A stretch of 64,000 nt of DNA from the human T2T-CHM13v2.0 reference genome, Homo sapiens: assembly GCF_009914755.1 (NCBI RefSeq), contig NC_060942.1. One strand, written 5' to 3'. Of the stretch, positions 59,302-64,000 are shown piece by piece. Position 1 is the first letter of the stretch. The number at the start of each line of letters is the position of its first letter. A model generated the notes under the pieces. That model was not told the DNA's origin. It worked only from the letters and a program-made list of their open reading frames with translations, and made no database searches. A program made the translations under genes and the position numbers.

Positions 59302-59708
59302 TGATAAGAGTCTGGATATTTGTCCCTGCCCAAATCTCATGTTGAATTGTAATCCCCAGTGCTAGAGGTGAGGCCTGGTGGGAGGTGTTTATATCTTGGG
59401 GGCGGATTCCTCATGGCTTGGTGCTTTCCTCAAGACAGTGAGTGATCTCATGAGATCTGGTCATTTAAAAGTGTGTGGTACCTCCTCGCCAGCTCTCTCA
59501 CTCTTGCTCCAGTTCTAGTAATGTGATGTGCCTGTTCCCCTTTTGCCTTCTTGTCATGATTGGAAGTTTCCTGAGGCCTCCCCAGAAGCAGACGCCACTG
59601 TGCTTCCTCTATACCCTGCAGAACTGTGAGCCAATTAAACCTCTTTTCTTTAATAAATTACCTAGTCTCAGATATTTCTTCATAGCAAGGCAAGAACGGC
59701 CTAATGCA
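59302..59708 (+). mobile_element. MSTA/MSTB solo LTR within L2 sequence
   Basis: cccaaatctcatgttgaattgtaatcccc...gaactgtgagccaattaaacctcttttct; near-TSD atttc/atctc. Confidence 0.85.
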
Positions 59709-61700
59709 ATCTCCAAATTCCTTCTCCAGTATTCCCTTCTCAGTTGTTTTCTGCCCCCTCTTAAATGTTCCTGTTTTCCAAAGATATGACCTTGGTTTTC
59801 ATTACATACTTTCTTGGGAAATTTCAACAATAGTGAGGACCACAAACACCATCTACACATTGATAACTCCTAATATCCCCAGCTTGTATCACTCCTTAGA
59901 GTCCCAGACCCATAAAATCTACAGGCCACAAGCCATTTTTCACCTGGATGCCCCAAAGACTCTTGAGGCTAGCACGTGCAAGCATGAATATCGGGTCTCT
60001 CACACCTGTGCTCTGCTCTATCATGCACTCTTAATGCATGATAATGCAGTGGCTTAAACTGGAGTTTGGAAGTCATTCTACATTCCTCCTCTTCTCAATG
60101 CCTCAAATTTACTCCCTACCCTCCTTCTCCTTTCTACCTGCTCAAGTTAAGGTGTCATCATCTCTTGTCTGGACTATGACAGTCCCCTCCGTCTAACCTT
60201 GTCCACTGTTTAATTCATTTACCTCACAGCCACCATGCTCCTTCCAGTATGAAAACCCCTAATGTTATGCATATGCAAACAGCAGGGTGGGGTGGCAGTG
60301 GGTGACCTGGTGAATTACCCAATAGTGGCCAACTATTAATAATGAGAACATGCCATACACCTGATAAAAGCTGAAATTGAAATTAACAATCCCTACCTCC
60401 ATAATATTATATTTATACTCAAGGATAATCTTAATATTCTTTGGATTTACTTCTTATTAAACAACTTAGAAATACAGAAATGCTTTGACTTATTGAGATA
60501 TCACACTTTTGTAAATGGCTAATGTGATACAAATTGAGCACAATATTTATAACTAGTAGCCAGGTTAGCACTTCATAAATCTTTATAGGTAGATCCCACA
60601 TGTAAAGTATTCCAGAGTATTTCCCTGAATAAGGTGTCATGAATGAATATTAACTGCACATACACATGAAATTTATATATTTAAATTTACACACAAATAC
60701 TGACTGTACATCCAGTCACAAGCATAATATCATAAGCATGAAGGAATCATTAAGTTTATTAATGGCACTTTTGTCTTGAGAAAAAGTTCATATAAATTCA
60801 TATATAGGGAATTTTAATAAATTGTATAAATAAATACTTAATTTCCATCAAACTACTTTGAAATATAAATTGTGAGTCATGTATCTGGCTTTTTAACATC
60901 GCTTAAGGAGTAAGTGTGTTCAACATGTCCATTTTCCAGATGTGGTATGGTTTTTCCAGTTGTGCTCTTACCACAAGTAAGAGCAAAACAGGTAAAAATT
61001 TATAAGGCAATAAAAGCTTCCATAATTTATCTTTGCTTTCTATATTAAAGCTTTAATTTAGTATTTTTTAAAATTTTTATTTTCGTGGCCAGCTTTTATA
61101 AAGAATAATCTAGTATTTCTGCATTAAAGCATCAATCTAGTATTTCAAAAGTGTTGTAAAACTATAGACAAAGCAAATCAGAGTGTTCACAAGATTATAT
61201 CCTCTATAGTAGTACTGATACAATGGTTTAAAACATCATCAGTGCTTACAGACGAAGCAAAACATCTCAGTGATTTTTAGACAGAAGGGCCATGTAAATG
61301 GTCACAGGGAGTCAACAGAGCTAGAAGAAACTTCCTCTCGGTGGATGTGGCCACACTAGGTAGCAGCTCTAACTATCTTCTCCTTTGAAGCAGGAAACTC
61401 TTCATTTTCTTTCCTTATAGATACAGATAGCTTCACTTATTTCCTTGAAGAGTTGTTTTGACAACCCGTTTTGAAAGAATCTACCTTATAAAACACATCC
61501 AGCCATTCATTCCATATGTAAAACATTTAAAATACCTAAGAGTACAGAATGAGGCTGAAGTTTGCGAAGAAATGTAATCAGTGTCGATGAATAATGATTA
61601 GATACACACATTTCTGACAATTAACACTGAGTTTAAGGACCAATCAACTGTGTGTCTAAAAATTTAAAAGTCAGAGCTTTCCATTTTTCCTACTACATTA

Positions 61701-61847
<147 letters not shown>

Positions 61848-63056
61848 CTATTTAAACAAAAAGCAGTTGAAAACTGTGAATGCAACAGCATACTTCACTT
61901 TTTGTGTATAGTAATTCCCTCCCCTTTGGGTCACGGGACAATGCAGGTGTGCTCTAATCATGCCCAACCACTGTAACTTTGAGGGAACTGACAGGCTAAC
62001 GATCTCTGAAAGATGACCATATCTCAAGAAGCACATTCACCATGAAAAAGCTATTTCTGTTCTATCAAGCATGGAGGAACTCGGATATATGATAGCCTCC
62101 ATGTTTCATCTCAATAAAGTGAGGCAGATACTGAGAGATTTTCAATAATATCAGGTGTTGGCTGACTTTCTCAATGATGAAGGGCCTTTGGCTAGGGAGG
62201 AAAAGAGGCAAAAAAAAAAAAAAAAGAACTGATAAACATACAATCAATCTCCTGCATCAATTACATTATTAAATAAGACTTTGTCTTGGTTTCTTAAATG
62301 CAGTAGAAACTAGTTATTACATAGAGTGCTGCTATAACGGCCTTACCTACACACATATATGTATATTTATATATTTATACTATTCACACACTTTCATTTG
62401 TTGAATAAGTGGGTGGCAGATCTTGTTAACCACAGTAGTTATTATATAACTATGTTATTTTCAGTTTACCTGAGCATGCAGTTTAAACATGAGTCCAGCA
62501 GATTCAATGCTAGAGGAGATATTCAGAAGGCACAGGAGGAGATAAACAGAGATGAGGAATACCAGCTCTGCAACCACCCAGATTTGGGGCAAATATTAGC
62601 TCCATCAATTACCAGTTGTGTGACTATGCTGTAATGAGTGTTTGTTCATGAGATAATAAATATGAAATGTTTCAATAGTGGCTGACATATAGAAAACTCT
62701 TAATAAATTATAGTTGTTACAGATCTCATTCCTAGTTAACCTATGCTTGTTTTGAGATAAAGATTTTCTTTTTGTAGTATAAAAAATTTATCTGGCATAG
62801 TATCATGTATATGTGGATATTTCCAATGTTTATAATAACAACAGTACATAATAGACAGATGTTGTCTAAAGATCTTCAAGTAAGAATTAAGACCAAAAAA
62901 AGCCAACAATCTGCTAATGTAGAAGTCTCATTAATTTATCCATCTGTACCTTTCTTCTAAATGAGACACTCATTTCAAGCTCGTGCTCATTTCTAGGCAC
63001 AAGAGGACTGGAGAATGGTCTCTATATATAGCCATTCATTTATCCCAGAATGTTAC

Positions 63057-63154
63057 CTTTTTTTTCAATGCTGCTTTCCCAGGCCTCAGAGAATCTAGGT
63101 TCAGTTGTGCATTTATGTGTTTCATCTGCTCCATGCAATTGTCTATAAGATTGG
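63057..63154 (-). CDS. RTTN: RTTN exon 42 (98 nt), [32 protein letters not shown]
   Basis: Acceptor tctttcag|CC, donor AAG|GTAACA. Exons 42-49 sum to 1034 coding nt, which places this exon at c.5648 of a 6681-nt (2226-aa) CDS, matching RTTN numbering as I recall it. Confidence 0.96.
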
Positions 63155-63920
63155 CTGAAAGACAAAATCTGCAGTAGTCAAAAGGATATTCTATTTCCAA
63201 GTAAGTTATAACCACATATACCAATCAGATTCTCAAAAAGGTAACATTTTCTATTTCTGACCCACTTCATTTTAGAATTTTCAGTCAGAGATTAATGAAT
63301 CAGAGGGGGGATAAGTAAGAGAACTAAAATGCTGAAGTCCACTTGTTTTCAGTTTTTAGTAAGATACTACCCAAATCCAATTTACAACTTGAGGAATACA
63401 TCATTTGTTGTAGTCGCAAATCACAATTGATATTAATGGACTTGATGTTGCCATTATTCTCTTTTAATTCTCAGATCTACATTCTCCGATTCCCAAATGA
63501 GAAATTACAACACTCAAGAGGGAAATTTATACGAAAATATGGAATCATCTGTTGCTGTTTTTACCATCAAAACTATGTGGGTTTTGTTCAGGTATGCAGT
63601 GAGTGCTTCTGGATAGTAATATTTAATTATAATGAAACTCAATGTGTTACCTTTTAGCTTCCCTAATATTTACATATAGGTTCTTTAGAGCAAGAACCAT
63701 CACATATTAAACAAACAAAAACAAACTATGTCTAATCTTTTTATTTGAAAAGTAATGCATATTTACTGCTTCTGTATGGGAAAAAAAATTATTTTTAGTG
63801 ACACTGAGATTATACTATACGTTTTTTACATTTTGAGTCCAAAGAAAATTAACTTGAACAAGCAACAAAACATATGAATTGATAATGCCATCAAAACAGC
63901 TGATGTGTCATGTGGCTCAC

Positions 63921-64000
63921 CTTTCAAAGCATGTTTCTGTGCTCTTCTACTGACAGCCAGCAGTGACATCAATGCATTTGCAGCTACTCTTTTCAGGATA
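63921..64000 (-). CDS. RTTN: RTTN coding exon (exon 41 of 49 by counting back from the last exon), runs off the window edge; [26 protein letters not shown]
   Basis: Donor G|GTGAGC at 63920. Phase 1, joins the next exon as G+CC=Ala. Translation is recognisable rotatin C-terminal sequence. Confidence 0.93.

Overview
Primate, almost certainly human, genomic DNA from chr18q22.2. The right half (36.9-64 kb) holds the last nine exons of RTTN (rotatin) on the minus strand. I traced every visible splice junction: all are GT-AG, phases are consistent, and the protein ends ...[12 protein letters not shown] poly(A) signal follows. The left half is the repeat-rich interval downstream of RTTN, which by known gene order lies upstream of CD226. 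It contains a deleted HERV-L/MLT2A provirus, an old L1MA/MB with a complete nested MaLR (MST) provirus, DNA-transposon fossils and Alus. Best second-look items: (1) a young 300-bp inverted duplication spanning an L1/LTR junction; (2) a 31-bp minisatellite with higher-order structure at the break of a 3'-truncated L1PA in RTTN intron 46; (3) that L1's antisense promoter pointing into the last RTTN exons; (4) an ETS/RUNX/GATA motif cluster and DUX4-type LTR motifs facing CD226. No new protein-coding system is supported. Most short ORFs in the track are repeat-derived or spurious.
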